Shown here in pieces: positions 13,541 to 25,972 of a DNA stretch of 64,000 nt. This DNA comes from Massalongia carnosa (Eukaryota), in the NCBI GenBank assembly GCA_965645245.1, contig OZ287078.1, positions 868,001-932,000 of the forward strand. The letters are read 5' to 3'. A model generated the notes under the pieces. That model was not told the DNA's origin. It did not search any database and worked only from the letters and a program-made list of their open reading frames with translations. Position 1 is the first letter of the stretch; each line of letters starts with the position of its first letter. The position numbers and the translations under genes were made by a program.

Positions 13541-14763
13541 ACGGGGAGAGCTCCCTATCAACGCCACCGGGGATGGTCCGGGGGAGTGTCGGGGGGGGAC
13601 CGGGTAGGGGGTCGATAGGGGGGCGGGACCGGCTGGGGGTGGTGTCCTTGGTATATTCCGGCGGTTCATTACCGCGTTAAACATGATTTTATAAATAAAT
13701 CGATGTTGCCTTTGCTATATCCCCTTTATCGCCACCAAATAATTTATTCTGACGTTCCCCGGACGTAATAGTCAGAATAGAGAGTTTTTACGCCGATTTA
13801 CTGGTCTAAAGACTCTTGCTTTCCAAACCCTATTTATGTGACAATAACAAGTCAAATAAATCCTAGTCGAGTTAAAATAGACCGTTCCTCGCTTAGGCAA
13901 TAGATCTTATTTAACTCTTTACCTAGACACTACGATATTTGGAATATAATAAGAATTTTACGATCGAACAGAATATTTTTTTTTTAAAAAATGTTTTTGA
14001 TCCAGAAATAAAAATCAAGTACAATGAGAGAGTAGGAGACTTCCTATTCTGGTTAGCCTGAAACAGGGCCTTTGGTTTAACCCTATTTCAGACGTTTTTC
14101 CCCTTCGTTTCAGCAGATTGTTGGTCGGCAGTTCAACGTAAATCGAAAAACCCAAAATGGAATAGTGTATACGGTACCGGTAACCTTAAATTTCAAATGA
14201 ACACCAAGAAGTTTTGTTGTCTCGAGAACAGGTTGTACAGTTACGCGACAGTGATGATATTTTGTAGATAATTTTTGTGATAATAGATGAGATCTATGCG
14301 ACAGTTAAACCGAAGAAATATCGAAAATCGAGCGATTTTTGACGTTGTTGTTGGTGTTTTTGTGTTTCGTAGATTTTTTGGACGCGCTTTTTGGTGAAGG
14401 GGCGGACAGACCGCGAGGAAAACTCTGCAGGAGCAGTGGAAGAGCTCTCCTGTACCCAATTCTGATGGGTTTTAGCTTCTGGTAGGCTCAAATGAATGAG
14501 AAGACTGAGGAAAATAAGTTGGGAAAGTTTCAGTATATCAAAATATAGGGTACTGATGTTTTGGGGGTTGGCTTTTGGGCGCTGTGTCTCCTTCTATTTC
14601 GTGCATCAACTAGTCGTTCAGTCGTTCAGTCGTCGAGTTCTTTTCATGTCTATGCAGTCGTAGGTCCATTCAGACGTTTGTGTGTGTGTGTATGTTCACT
14701 GCTCAGTTCGCCATCTATCATCACGTATCACCACCTTCCATTAGCACGCACGACTACCCTTCT

Positions 14764-17700
14764 TCAATATTTCTTGACAAACTCCAGTTCTTTCTGGGAC
14801 ATGCTCCGAAGAGGACTATATCCATGATCTTTACCCCCTTCGAGCAGTATCTTGTGATCATGCAATCTATAAGGTGACAACGTATCAGAATCTATCTTCG
14901 AAAACACGTCCAAAACTTCGTGATACTCCGGCGGCACTACCAACTTTGGATCAGTAGGAGGCCTCGACTCCTTATTCAACTGATCGTCTATGTCCTTCAT
15001 CGAGATCGCATAGACTTTTACCGCCTTACAGTGAGTAAGATATCGGTAGGAGTCTGCACCAATGATGGCTACATCAACTGGTTTAGATGGTTTCGGATCG
15101 ATCCTCGGAACTTCCTTTGGGATTGGAGTAGCCTCCGGTTTATCTTCCATGATAGATCGACGCAATATCTTTCGGGGTGAGATCACTATAGTCAACTCCT
15201 CATCCGTCGATTTTTTATTGATCGTTTCCAGTTTCCTAGGAGGTTCTATCAACTTAGGAGCACCCGGGTGGGTGCAGTGTCCAGGCCAGAACATGATTTT
15301 ATCGCAACTCATGTCCAGAATGACTCCATGCTTTCGCATCCATGGTTTTCCTAGTATCATTTTATGCTGCCCCAGCTGTGTAATCAACAGAGGCGAGATT
15401 GTTTCCCTATGATTCTGCACGGTGAGGGTAGGATAGATGGCGTGGGTGATAGGTTTACCCAAGCGGCCATCGAAACCTCTCACCGGCTTCGGTTTCGTCA
15501 ATCGCTGCGGTGATAGTTGCAGTCGTTCACAAATCGTGCGCACCATCTTTTCATCAATAAAAGCATGTCCTGTAGCACCAGTGTCTAACAGAGTAACAAG
15601 CTCTATTTCTTCCTGATTGCCTAGTTTACATGAAGTAACAAGAGGTTCATCGGTAAACAAATCACCAGGCAAACAAGAGGATGAGATCAAAAGAGGTTTA
15701 TCATCGTCATCTCCACTCGCGTCTTCGAGGGAGATCAGTCTTTTTTTGACTTCGGCTCAACATCTAACTCGTTAATGATGGCTGTCATCTTTGATTTCTT
15801 TTTAGGACAGTCCCTTGAGGGGTGTCTGACCTCCTTGCAATTGAAGCACTTCCCTTCCCTGCTCAACCGCTCCCGTTCCGACTCCGATAGATAGGATCCT
15901 ACGGTCCAGGACGACAAGGTCGATGGCGATGAAGGGGCACGAGACTCGGTGCGAGCATTTGATGCCACATAGGTTTTGCTTTCGGTGGTAGCGGTAGGGG
16001 TGTTCGCCGGGACCACTACGCTGGTTGGTTTTTTTCCTTCGGCAAAGCGTTCCATCCTAGCCTTGCTACGATCCACATCCTTCAGAGCCTGATACATACG
16101 CTGGCAACGCTGAGCGAACGCATATAGGTCGGTTGGTTCGTGATCGCCGGTGGCTAGCTGACGGCGCATATCTAGGTTGAGCTTGTGTTTCAACTCACCG
16201 ATTAGTGTAACGGTTCGACCAAGCGTGGTGCGGAGGGCAGGACCTACAGCGAACATAGCAGGAGTCCCAGTTATAGTAGAATAGAGCTTGGTCTGCGGAC
16301 TAAGTATTATGCCTTTTGGTCGGGAAGGACAGGTGGCGCAATGGTAGAAATCTATTCACTATCTCGCTTCGTCACAATTAGGGTAGACTCATTGTGATCC
16401 AACTCGGCGGCCAAACGCCGAAACTCCGCCCAAAAGGTATTGAAGTCCTTTTGACCCTGTCGCAGAGAACGGAATAGGTTCATGGCAGTCTGTTTGCGGT
16501 TCGGATCTCCATAAATTCGTTCCAAATGATCAAACATTTCCTCTGCAGTAAGAAAAGGTTTGATAGCATTTTTTCGGAGACGAGGTTCCAAATGGCCCAT
16601 AGCCTCTCCGCCGACTCGGTTTTCCACATAGGCCTTTTTAAATAGCTCGGTAGGCATATAGTCTTCATTAGCTGCTAATTTGCTGCGCATTTTAGTCAAC
16701 CAATGATCGATACTCGGTTCTTTTCCATCGATAAAAACCGGTGGGTCTGGAAGTTTCATCGACTTCCATAAAGATTCTTCGCTCTGATTGGATCGTGCAG
16801 GGGAGCCCTGCAGGTCATGTGGAGGTGGAATTGGTGGTGGTGCATTACTCCCTGCAGGTGCAGTAGCTGCTGCGGCCATCCGCCGAGCCTCTTCAAGTTC
16901 TTCCTTCTGGTATTCAATCATACCTGCTTGGCGAATGATTTTGATCTGACTATCTTCTAAACTAAGCACAAGCTTATTATGTTCCACCACGACCTCCTCA
17001 TAGTCTGACTTCATGTCTCATATTATAGCCAAGACTGTTTCGGCATCCTCCTGCACCCAGTGCCGAAGATGTTGTACTGTTTCTATCCTCCATGGTGAGT
17101 CAGCCCCGGGGCCTTCTTCACCGATGTCTATGGGCGGGATGAGAGACTCCCGTTGATAGTAGGTGGGTGTTTCGTTCGCGGATCTAGCCATTTCTATCGC
17201 TCTTCCTTACTCAGCTCTGTTGAGTATAGTCCAGTTTCGTTCGTTTTCGGATTGTTATCGGATCTACTATCATATGCTGAAGATAGTCCTAGGATTTCGG
17301 ATCTGGTTCGTGTTTCGGGTGCTGACTGACTGACGGACTGACATACAGTTGGGTGGATTGTTTTATATCCTCTACAAGGGATAGCAAGATTTAGAGTGAT
17401 CTTACTAGTTGTGTAGCACGTCGACCTAGATAGAAATCTAATAGGGACTATGTACGAAAACTAGTAAGATGAAGAAAGAAAGCTATGTACAGATCGCCGG
17501 TTAATAAACACTCATACCCGTGCTAAGCCTAATGCAGGTTTTCATCACCGTCGTTGAACTGCTCATACCACGCGTGTTAATAATGTCGCTACAAGTAGTG
17601 CTAAATCCGTTTTCGGTTAGATAAGGTGAATAGCACTACGTCATGTGTTGCCTGAGGTTAGAGCGTTGTAATCCGTGATAGACGCCCTCAGCGCACTATC

Positions 17701-18151
17701 AATCTCCTATAATCCGTATCCGATCTTATCGTCTCTACTATCCAGGCTTATGACTGAGAGTGCTTCAGCACAGATAAAGGCGGGATAGGTCAAAGCAATC
17801 ATGTTAAGGAAATTAGTATAGGAATAGAGATGGGGCAAGTCGAGATTAGAAGAGTTGAAAGCAATGGCTATAAAGTCTATGTGGTTTCCTAGGTGTTTAG
17901 AGCTCTTTGACGTCTTGTGTATTATTCTCAACTTCTAGTTTTAGCATATCTAGATATCCGTTCTGCAAGATAGAGTCTTGTATCTCTCTAGCCCTCCCCT
18001 GACATCTACTGCGCTAGTATCCATATAGTATATTCGCGGTAGAATCTTCTCGTGACTGCAGGAACAAAATCGAAAGTTCCTGCTCGTTCCATCTATGGTT
18101 TGGTGCCGAATTAATCCGAGTGCCGAGGTCGTGCCGATTAGAATCGTGACA
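14764..18151 (-). mobile_element. Ty3/Gypsy element B, 3'-truncated (5' LTR, gag, protease, start of RT)
   Basis: LTR about 17412-18151 (TGTCAC...GCTACA on the minus strand); gag about 17191-15735 interrupted by a solo LTR; protease LLDTGA; breaks off at ELEFVKKY. Confidence 0.9.
16206..16376 (+). mobile_element. Family D solo LTR-like element (171 bp) in Gypsy B gag
   Basis: TGTAACG...CGTCACA ends; TSD ATTAG at 16201-16205 and 16377-16381. Strand is arbitrary. Confidence 0.88.
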
Positions 18152-18168
18152 AATTACCTATTCAATCG

Positions 18169-18442
18169 TGTTGAATATCCAATTCCTACCAGCACAATGA
18201 ACACCTATCAGTACGATGAACATAGCACCTACGGCTGCCCTAGATGGACAGATCATCTACGGAAACCGTAGATGCCGCATTAGGCTTAGTCCCAAGATAA
18301 GATAAGATCACCTCGCTTAGAAGGGGGTGACCAGTAATAGGAAAAGATTGCTGCCTAGCAACTCTTCAACCTTAACATCACGGTCATACATACCTTTATT
18401 ATTACATAGCCATATAGCCATAGTCATACACCTATTTCAACA
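18169..18442 (+). mobile_element. Copia solo LTR (274 bp), same family as 42654-48824
   Basis: TGTTGAA...TTCAACA; TSD AATCG at 18164-18168 and 18443-18447; 2 differences seen from the full element's LTRs. Confidence 0.95.
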
Positions 18443-18517
18443 AATCGAGTATTAATTAAACAAATTAATCTTGATCAAATTAACACTTTACTTTTTATCG
18501 TAATGGTTATGTAAATC

Positions 18518-18895
18518 TACGCCGCGCGTCGGGTTACCCAACCTGTCGGGTTTAGGCTAGGTTTTCGGTTCGGATTTTTTATGCGGGTTTCCGGGTTAAA
18601 CCGTTCAACCCGGTGAGTTTTTTCTGCAAATTAAATATGAACTTTCGACACAAATATGACATTTGAAGTTATAAATTTTTTGCTTACTAATCATCATTTC
18701 TTGATGACTAATTTCCAGAATTTTCAGAATTTTTAAATGTGTTTAAAACGTCTAAAAAACACGTTTAAAATTGATATAAAGAATCGAACGGGTCGACGGG
18801 TCAAACGGGTTAACCCGAGAACGGTTCCCCAACCCGGTAGCGAGTCGGGCTCGACTAGTCAAAACCCGACCCAACCCGACCTGTTGCGCGGCGTA
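18518..18895. mobile_element. hAT-type MITE (378 bp)
   Basis: TIR TACGCCGCGC/GCGCGGCGTA; 8-bp TSD TGTAAATC at 18510-18517 and 18896-18903; many subterminal AACCCG/CGGGTT motifs. Confidence 0.85.
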
Positions 18896-18963
18896 TGTAA
18901 ATCAAACGATTATTAAAATGTGACGGTTCGACCATGCGTGGTGCGGACGGCAGCACCTATAGC

Positions 18964-19459
18964 TATAAGAGGGACAGTAGACACTAGTCCTTATGGGTTA
19001 TAATGCTCAGTGTGACTGCTAATAGATTGGTAGGTGCTAAAGCTAAAAGCTGATTCCCTGAAGATGGGAATCGAGCTTTCTATATACCCCTTGGGGTCCT
19101 ATTTACTAACTACTTATCTGGTTACCTGTCTGCCTTGTTGCCTTCAGCTGAGGTCTAGTAGATAGCCTTGCTGCCTTCAGCTGAGGTCTAGCAGATAACC
19201 TTGTTGCCTTCAGCTGAGGTCTAGCAGATAGCCTTGTTGCCTTCAGCTGAGGTCTCCTAGGCGTCCCAGGCCTCCCATGAGATCGAGGCTTATCTGAATA
19301 GCTTCAGTTGCTGCCTAACAAACTGGTAGGGCTGATTGCTGATGGCTTAGTATTGCTATCCGCCTTATCATGACTTAGCATCCGGATTATCAGTCACCCG
19401 GTCTTCTTGGGTGAGTCATCCCAGGAGCTAGCGCACTCCTGTATTGCCGCGCTATTACA
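18964..19459. mobile_element. Solo LTR (496 bp) of another family nested in the family D element
   Basis: TATAAG(<TGTAAG)...ATTACA; TSD ATAGC at 18959-18963 and 19460-19464. Confidence 0.8.
19132..19255. repeat. 33-bp tandem repeat, about 3.8 copies, inside the solo LTR
   Basis: Unit GCCTTGTTGCCTTCAGCTGAGGTCTAGCAGATA with a TCAGCTGA palindromic core. Confidence 0.9.
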
Positions 19460-19673
19460 ATAGCGAACATAACAGGAGTCCTAGAATAGAGCTTAGTCTG
19501 CGGACTAAGTATTGTGTCGGGAGGACAGGTGGCGCAATGGTAGAAATCCATTCACTATCTCGCTTCGTTATATAAAACGTCATTCGAAGTACTTTAAATG
19601 TAAATAAAAACTTCTCGTTGTTGAACGTAAATATTCACACTATCCGGAGAACATTATAAACTATTTTGAACAA

Positions 19674-20147
19674 TGTGACTGTTTAACCAGGATGTGGAAT
19701 TGACTATCTACTGGGAAGCTATGTACTAGAAAATATCAAAGATGCAGAAAGGAAACAAGCAAAAGGTGCCCTCTCTAGGAGTCTATATAGATAATCGCTT
19801 GGCCCGATCCAGCTGCTTGTGTCTTCATCAATAAGTGAACAGTTTGGTCAAATAGTCTTTTTGCCCGTTGTCCCTTTCATCTATTAGTGTTTGCTTTAAA
19901 AGGTCGTTCCGATGCGACCCTCTAAAGCAAACACTAATAGATGAAAGGGACAACGGGCAAAAAGACTATTTGACCAAACTGTTCACTTATTGATGAAGAC
20001 ACAAGCAGCTGGATCGGGCCAAGCGATTATCTATATAGACTCCTAGAGAGGGCACCTTTTGCTTGTTTCCTTTCTGCATCTTTGATATTTTCTAGTACAT
20101 AGCTTCCCAGTAGATAGTTAATTCCACATCCTGGTAGAACCGTCACA
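19674..20147. repeat. 474-bp palindrome occupying the 5' LTR position of Gypsy C
   Basis: 233-bp arms 19674-19906 and 19915-20147 (about 6 mismatches) around the loop TTCCGATG; the right arm matches 3' LTR sequence 25739-25972. Confidence 0.95.
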
Positions 20148-20757
20148 TAATATCAAAGATCACTTTTTACCCTGTTATCCATCGTGGAGGATACAAAATA
20201 ACCCACCCCATAGAAGCAGAACCAGAAGGCCGCCACCCCTACAGCGTGGCATTCAGAACCAGAATTACCCTATAGATCCAGAACCAGAAGGTCCCCACCC
20301 CTACAGCGTGGCACCCAGAACCCTATTTAGATCCAGAACCAGAATTAGAGACCATGGCGAATCGTCATAAAAAAGAACCAGAACTAGAACCAGAACAGGA
20401 CTCTGTTCATTATCCGGCCCTGCCAGAAGAAGAAACCCAACTGGAAGCAGAAGACCCTTCCATGATCCAGACAATAGAACATCTGAGGGCATGGATGCTC
20501 CAGGATGAGCAGGCAGTGTTACAGATAATTATAGCCATAAAGGAAAGTTATGAAGAGGCCCAAGCTGAAGCGGCCAAAGGAAAGAACACCATGAGCCGAC
20601 TCCTCTCCCTGACGAAACAACAAGAAGGAGTAGTGAATTACTTACAAAAGGTAGTCGAAAAGCTTAGGCTGACATTGATCGAAGAGCGACGACCGGATGT
20701 TGCTACTATCTCTTATTCCACCATCAGTCAGAAGGCAAAACGTTCCATGAAGCTTCC

Positions 20758-20922
20758 TGTGACGAAGCGAGATAGTGAATAGATTTCTACCATTGCGCCA
20801 CCTGTCCTTCCCGACCAAAAGGCACAATACTTGGTCTGCGGACTAAGTAAGTATTGTGCCTTTTGGTCGGGAGGACAGGTGGCGCAATGGTAGAAATCTA
20901 TTCACTATCTCGCTTCGTCACA
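20758..20922. mobile_element. Palindromic family D LTR derivative (165 bp) inserted in Gypsy C gag
   Basis: 75/74-bp inverted arms, both the ...CGTCACA end of family D; TSD CTTCC at 20753-20757 and 20923-20927; splits the gag motif KLP/DPP. Confidence 0.93.
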
Positions 20923-23900
20923 CTTCCTGACCCACCGGTATTTTCCGACGGAAAGGAACCGAACATCGATCATTGGCTAGCCAAAATGCGAAGCAAGTTG
21001 TTGGCCAATGAGGACCATATGCCAACCGAGATATTGCGAAAAGCCTATGTAGAGAACCGAGTGAATAGTGATGCCATGCGACACATGGAAGTCAGACTGA
21101 GGAAAGGGGCCACCAAACCTTTCGAGACCGCTGAGGAAATGTTGGAATTATTGGAACGAATTTATGGGGACCCCAATCGAAAACACACTGCTATGAAGGC
21201 ATTTAGGGCCTTGCGCATGGGAAGTAAGGACTTCAATTCTTTCTGGACCGAATTTCAACGACTATCTTCGGAGTTAGATTATAGCCCCTCCACCCTTATT
21301 GATGAACTCACTCACAAGCTCTCCTTGGACATGAAAAGCAACTGGCCATCGGAAATCAGGATCCCACAGACATTTATGAGTATGCTCATCGTTGCCAACG
21401 AATTTTTCAAGCTTTGAAAGATGCCGAGAGTTCAAAAGCGAGCTATGATCGAATGAACGAAGGAAGGAAAAACGTCATCAAAACATCAACACCCTTCAAG
21501 CCTAGAGTGGACACTCCTGCATCCAAACCTTCAACCTTACCTTCTCACTCCGTCCCTATTGAACCTGCTGTCACATCGGGACGTTTGACTGAGGTGGAAC
21601 GAGAACAATTAACGAAGGAAGGTAGATGTTTTTACTGCAAAGAAAAGGGACATTTAGCAAAAGACTGTAGCAAAACTTCCAAAGCTACTATCCACGAAAT
21701 GAGCGGCGAGACGGGAAAAGAATAACCTCATCTGAAGGCGCGGATGAGGAGGAACCTCTATTGATCTCCTCTTCCTATTTTCCTGGTGATTTATTCACCG
21801 ATGAACCTTTTGTTCATGCATGTACGTTAGGTAATAGGAATGAGATAACGCTTGATGCTTTTTTAGACACCGGTGCTACGGGACATGTTTTTATCGACGA
21901 ATCAATGGTGCGCACTATTTGTGAACAACTTCAAATCGAACCCCAGAAACTGACGAAACCCAAACCGGTGCGAGGATTCGATGGACGACAGGCCCCTAAT
22001 ATTACCCATGCCATTTATCCCACCATGACGATGCAGGATCATCGTGAGAACTTATTACCATTGCTGATCACCGAACTAGGACAGCACGGAATGATTCTAG
22101 GAAAACCTTGGATGAGGAAGCACGGACTCCTCCTGTACATGAAGGACGACAAGATCATGTTCTGGCCTGGGCATTGCACCCATCCTGGCGCCCCTGGACT
22201 GCCAACACCAATGAAAATGATGAGGCAGACAACGTCGGCTTCGAACAAACCAGAACAGACCCGAACGGTCCGACAAATCCTAGTCCGACCGGAAGAGACC
22301 TGTACGGAACGATCCGCCCCATTGTCGGTACCTTTTAAGAAAATTGGAAAAGGACTATCAGAAAGAATATCACAAAAGTCATCTGCCGAAGATAAGCCGA
22401 TAGACTGCGCCCTCATAGGGCCTGCGGCCTACAAATTACTGACCAAGGAGAAAGACGTTCAAATATTCGCAATTTCTCTGAGGGACATTGACTATCAATT
22501 AAACAAGGAATGTTCGACTCCTACCGACCCGAAGACCAAAGTTCCTGAAGAATATCATAACTTTCTGAAGGTATTCTCCAAAGCTGAATCAGATGAGCTA
22601 GCACCTCATAGCCCATACGATCACAGGATCCTGTTGACCGGAGATCAAGCTCATGGACACAGCTATTTGAGGAGTATGTCCCGCATGGAATTGGAGTTCG
22701 TGAAGAAATATCTGGAGGACAATCTAAGAAAGGGGTTCATAGAGGCCAGTCATGCCGCATGTTCTTCTACTATCCTATCAGCCAAGAAACCAGGTGGAGG
22801 ACTCCGTTTCTGTGTTGATTACAGAAAATTGAACCAACTAAGTAAGAAAGACAGATATCCATTGCCCTTGATTGATAAAAGGCTAGCCCAGTTGAAGGAA
22901 GCCAAAGTGTTTTCCAAACTGGACATTCGACAGGCTTTTCACAAGCTGAGAATGGCCAGGGAATCCGAGGACCTTACCACCTTCAATTGCCGCTTTGGAG
23001 CGTACAAATACAAGGTGTTACCATTCGGACTGACCGGCGGACCTTCTTCCTGGCAGCATTTCATCAATGACATTCTGTTCGAGTACCTGGATAAATTCTG
23101 CTCGGCCTACTTGGACGACATCTTGATCTACAGCAAGAATATTACAGAACATCGAGAACATGTCCGAAAAGTGTTGGCCAAACTTCAGGAAGCTGGTCTT
23201 CAAGTGGATGTAGACAAGTGCGAATTTCATGTTATTGAAGTCAAGTACTTGGGGTTAATCATCACCACGGAAGGAATAAAATGGATCCAGCCAAGGTTCA
23301 GGCCATAGTCAGTTGGGGAGTCCCAACCTGTCTTCGTGAAGTACGATCTTTCTTTCATAGGATTCTGTAACTTTTATCGACGTTTCATAAGAGTCTTTTC
23401 CAAGATCGCTGGTTCACTGAACGCTTTGGCGAAAAAGGGAAAATTATTCGAATGGAATCAAGTCTGTGGACAAGCATTTCAAGGATTGAAACAGAGAGTT
23501 ATTGAAGCACCAGTCCTAGCTCACTTCGACCCGAAGAAAAAATGTTATCTGGAAACGGACTCGTCAGACCACGTCAATGGAGGAATAATGTCTCAGAACG
23601 GAGAGGATGGAAAGTTGCACCCAGTCGCCTTCTTCTCCAAGAATCTCAACCCCGCTGAATGCAACTATGAAATCTATGACAAGGAGCTGCTGGCCATTAT
23701 CCGATGTTTCAAACAATGGAGGCCCGAATTGGAAAGCACCGAGCTACCCGTTAAAATCTTCACCGACCATAAAAGCCTGGAATATTTTATGACCACAAAG
23801 AAACTCACCAGACGACAGGCCCGATGGGCCGAGTTCCTCTCAGAGTTCAACTTTGTCATCACCTATAGGACGGGCAAGCAAAATGAAAAAGCTGATGCTC

Positions 23901-25972
23901 TTACACGTCGTTCGAACGACAAGCCACAGGATGACGAAGCTGAAAGACAAAAGCATCAATTACAAACGGTGTTGACCTCAGATAGACTAGACCTTCAACC
24001 AATCGAGATCATCGATGAAGACCTTACCCTCGCAGAAAAGATCAAACATAGAAATCTTTCAGATGAGACCTGCAACCGAATGAGGAGTAAGCTGACCGAA
24101 GAGGACTATGAAGAATCACTAGAACTAGACCCGCTCCCCAGCATCAAGGATTGTGTAATCAAGGAAGGCCACCTCTATAAAGCCGAACGCTTATGGTTCC
24201 CGCTGACGATGATTTGATCCTCAATGTAATTCGACAAATTCATGATCAAGTAGCAGTTGGACATCCCGGAATGGCAAAAACACAACGAACAATAGCCAGG
24301 GACTACTACTGGCTAGGCATGTTGAACTCCATTCGGCGTTATGTCAGAAATTGCCATGTGTGCAAACGAGCCAAAGCACCCAGGGACAAATACAATGGAG
24401 TACTGAAAACCCCTGCCAGTTCCTGAAAGACCATGGACAGACATTTCGTTGGATTATGTAACTGGACTTCCAGAATCCCAAAATGGTCACAATGCAATTT
24501 TGATGGTAGTCGACCGATTGTCAAAGGAACGGCACTACATTCCATGCACGGCCAAGGAAGAGGGAACAACCGCTGAAGCCACCGCTAAACTGCTGATTAG
24601 GAATGTTTGGAGGTATCACGGCCTCCCAACCAGTATGGTTTCTGATCGAGGACCGCAGTTCGTTTCCGATACCTGGAAGGGCATGTGTAAAATCCTAGGA
24701 ATCACCACAAAGCTTTCCACCGCATTTCATCCTGAAACGGACGGCCAAAGCGAAATAGCCAATCAGGAAATAGAACGACACCTCCGGAGTTTCACCAACT
24801 ACTTTCAGGACAACTGGGTTAAACTATTGCCAATGGCCGAGTTTGCGGCGAACTCCGGGGAAGCAGAAACCACCCACCTTTCACCTTTTATGGCTAATCG
24901 AGGTTATGAACCAAGGATGAGTTTTACTTTGACCGACTTGTCGGCCGACACCACCCGTCAAAGACTCGCCAACGAAAAAGCCAAGGACATCACCGAGGAC
25001 ATGGAGAAAGTTTGGGACTTCGTCCGAAACAGCATGACCAAAGCTCAGGAAAGACAAAGGACCGCCGCGGACCGGCACCGAAACGAAGTCACTTATGAGG
25101 AAGGAGACATGGTCTGGTTATCCACCAAAAATATCCAAACCGAAAGAAGCTCCAAAAAGCTGGACCATAAAATGATTGGACCATACCGAGTGGAAGAACT
25201 CATCGGATCCGCATGCCGATTAAAGCTACCAGCTTCCATGAAAATTCATGACGTCTTTCATACAAGCTTATTGAGAAAAACAGCTGACGACCCTCTACCC
25301 GGACAAGTAAATGAACCATCTCCTCCAGTAATAGTAGACAACAAGGAAGAATGGGAGGTGGATGACATACTGGACGCTCGGGAGGTACTATCGAAAAGTC
25401 CACTTCAAAGTCAAATGGAAGGATCATGATGAAGATAGACAATGGTACGACGCAACTGGCTTCGAAAATGCTAAGGACATAGTAGAAGACTTCTATCTTC
25501 GACACCCTAACAAGCCTCGATGGAGTATTTCCTGATTATGATAGTCACTTTTGGGGCTAAAAACATAGTATGTTCAATGAACCTCCACTAAATGCGAAGG
25601 GGTCCACATCCACCCAAGGCCAATCAAAGGAAAGTACGGCATCTGCCAGCGCAATAACCGCTTCCGTTACTCAACCCTTTTAGCAATCATAGGGACAATC
25701 AACGGAGGTCTGAAAGGACTGAAAGGGACGCATCGGAACGACCTTCTAAAGCAAACACAAATGGATGAAAGGGACAAAGGGCAGAAAGACTGTTTGACCA
25801 AACTGTTCACTTATTGATGAAGGACACAAGCAGCTGGATCGGGCCAAGCGATTATCTATATAGACTTCTAGAGAGGGCACCTTTTGCTTGTTTCCTTTCT
25901 GCATCTTTGATATTTTCTAGTGCATAGCTTCCCAGTAGATAGTCAATTCCACATCCTGGTAGAACCGTCACA

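Larger units (their letters stand above)
3575..14543 (-). mobile_element. Tad1-like LINE copy 2, degenerate, truncated within RT and split by three insertions
   Basis: ORF1 starts at 13684 and ends at 5397. ORF2 runs 5397-3575 with endonuclease (GDFNA, SIIDLTF, GSD) and RT start (KKSCGPD, KPNKPDY, LLDFKGAF). Many stops. Confidence 0.88.
18919..19572 (+). mobile_element. Family D solo LTR-like element carrying a nested solo LTR
   Basis: TGTGACGG...CGTTATA (<CGTCACA); TSD TAAAA at 18914-18918 and 19573-19577; homologous to 16206-16376. Confidence 0.85.
19674..25972 (+). mobile_element. Ty3/Gypsy chromovirus C, coding-disrupted, no matching TSD
   Basis: gag 20354-21725 (interrupted); pol 21761-about 25535 (FLDTGA, YLDD, RNase H, integrase, chromodomain EEWEVDDILD); 3' LTR ends CGTCACA at 25972. 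Confidence 0.92.

Noticed and set aside
14544..14763. Unassigned 220 bp between LINE 2 and truncated Gypsy B
   Set aside because: No TSD, termini or ORF that could be supported.
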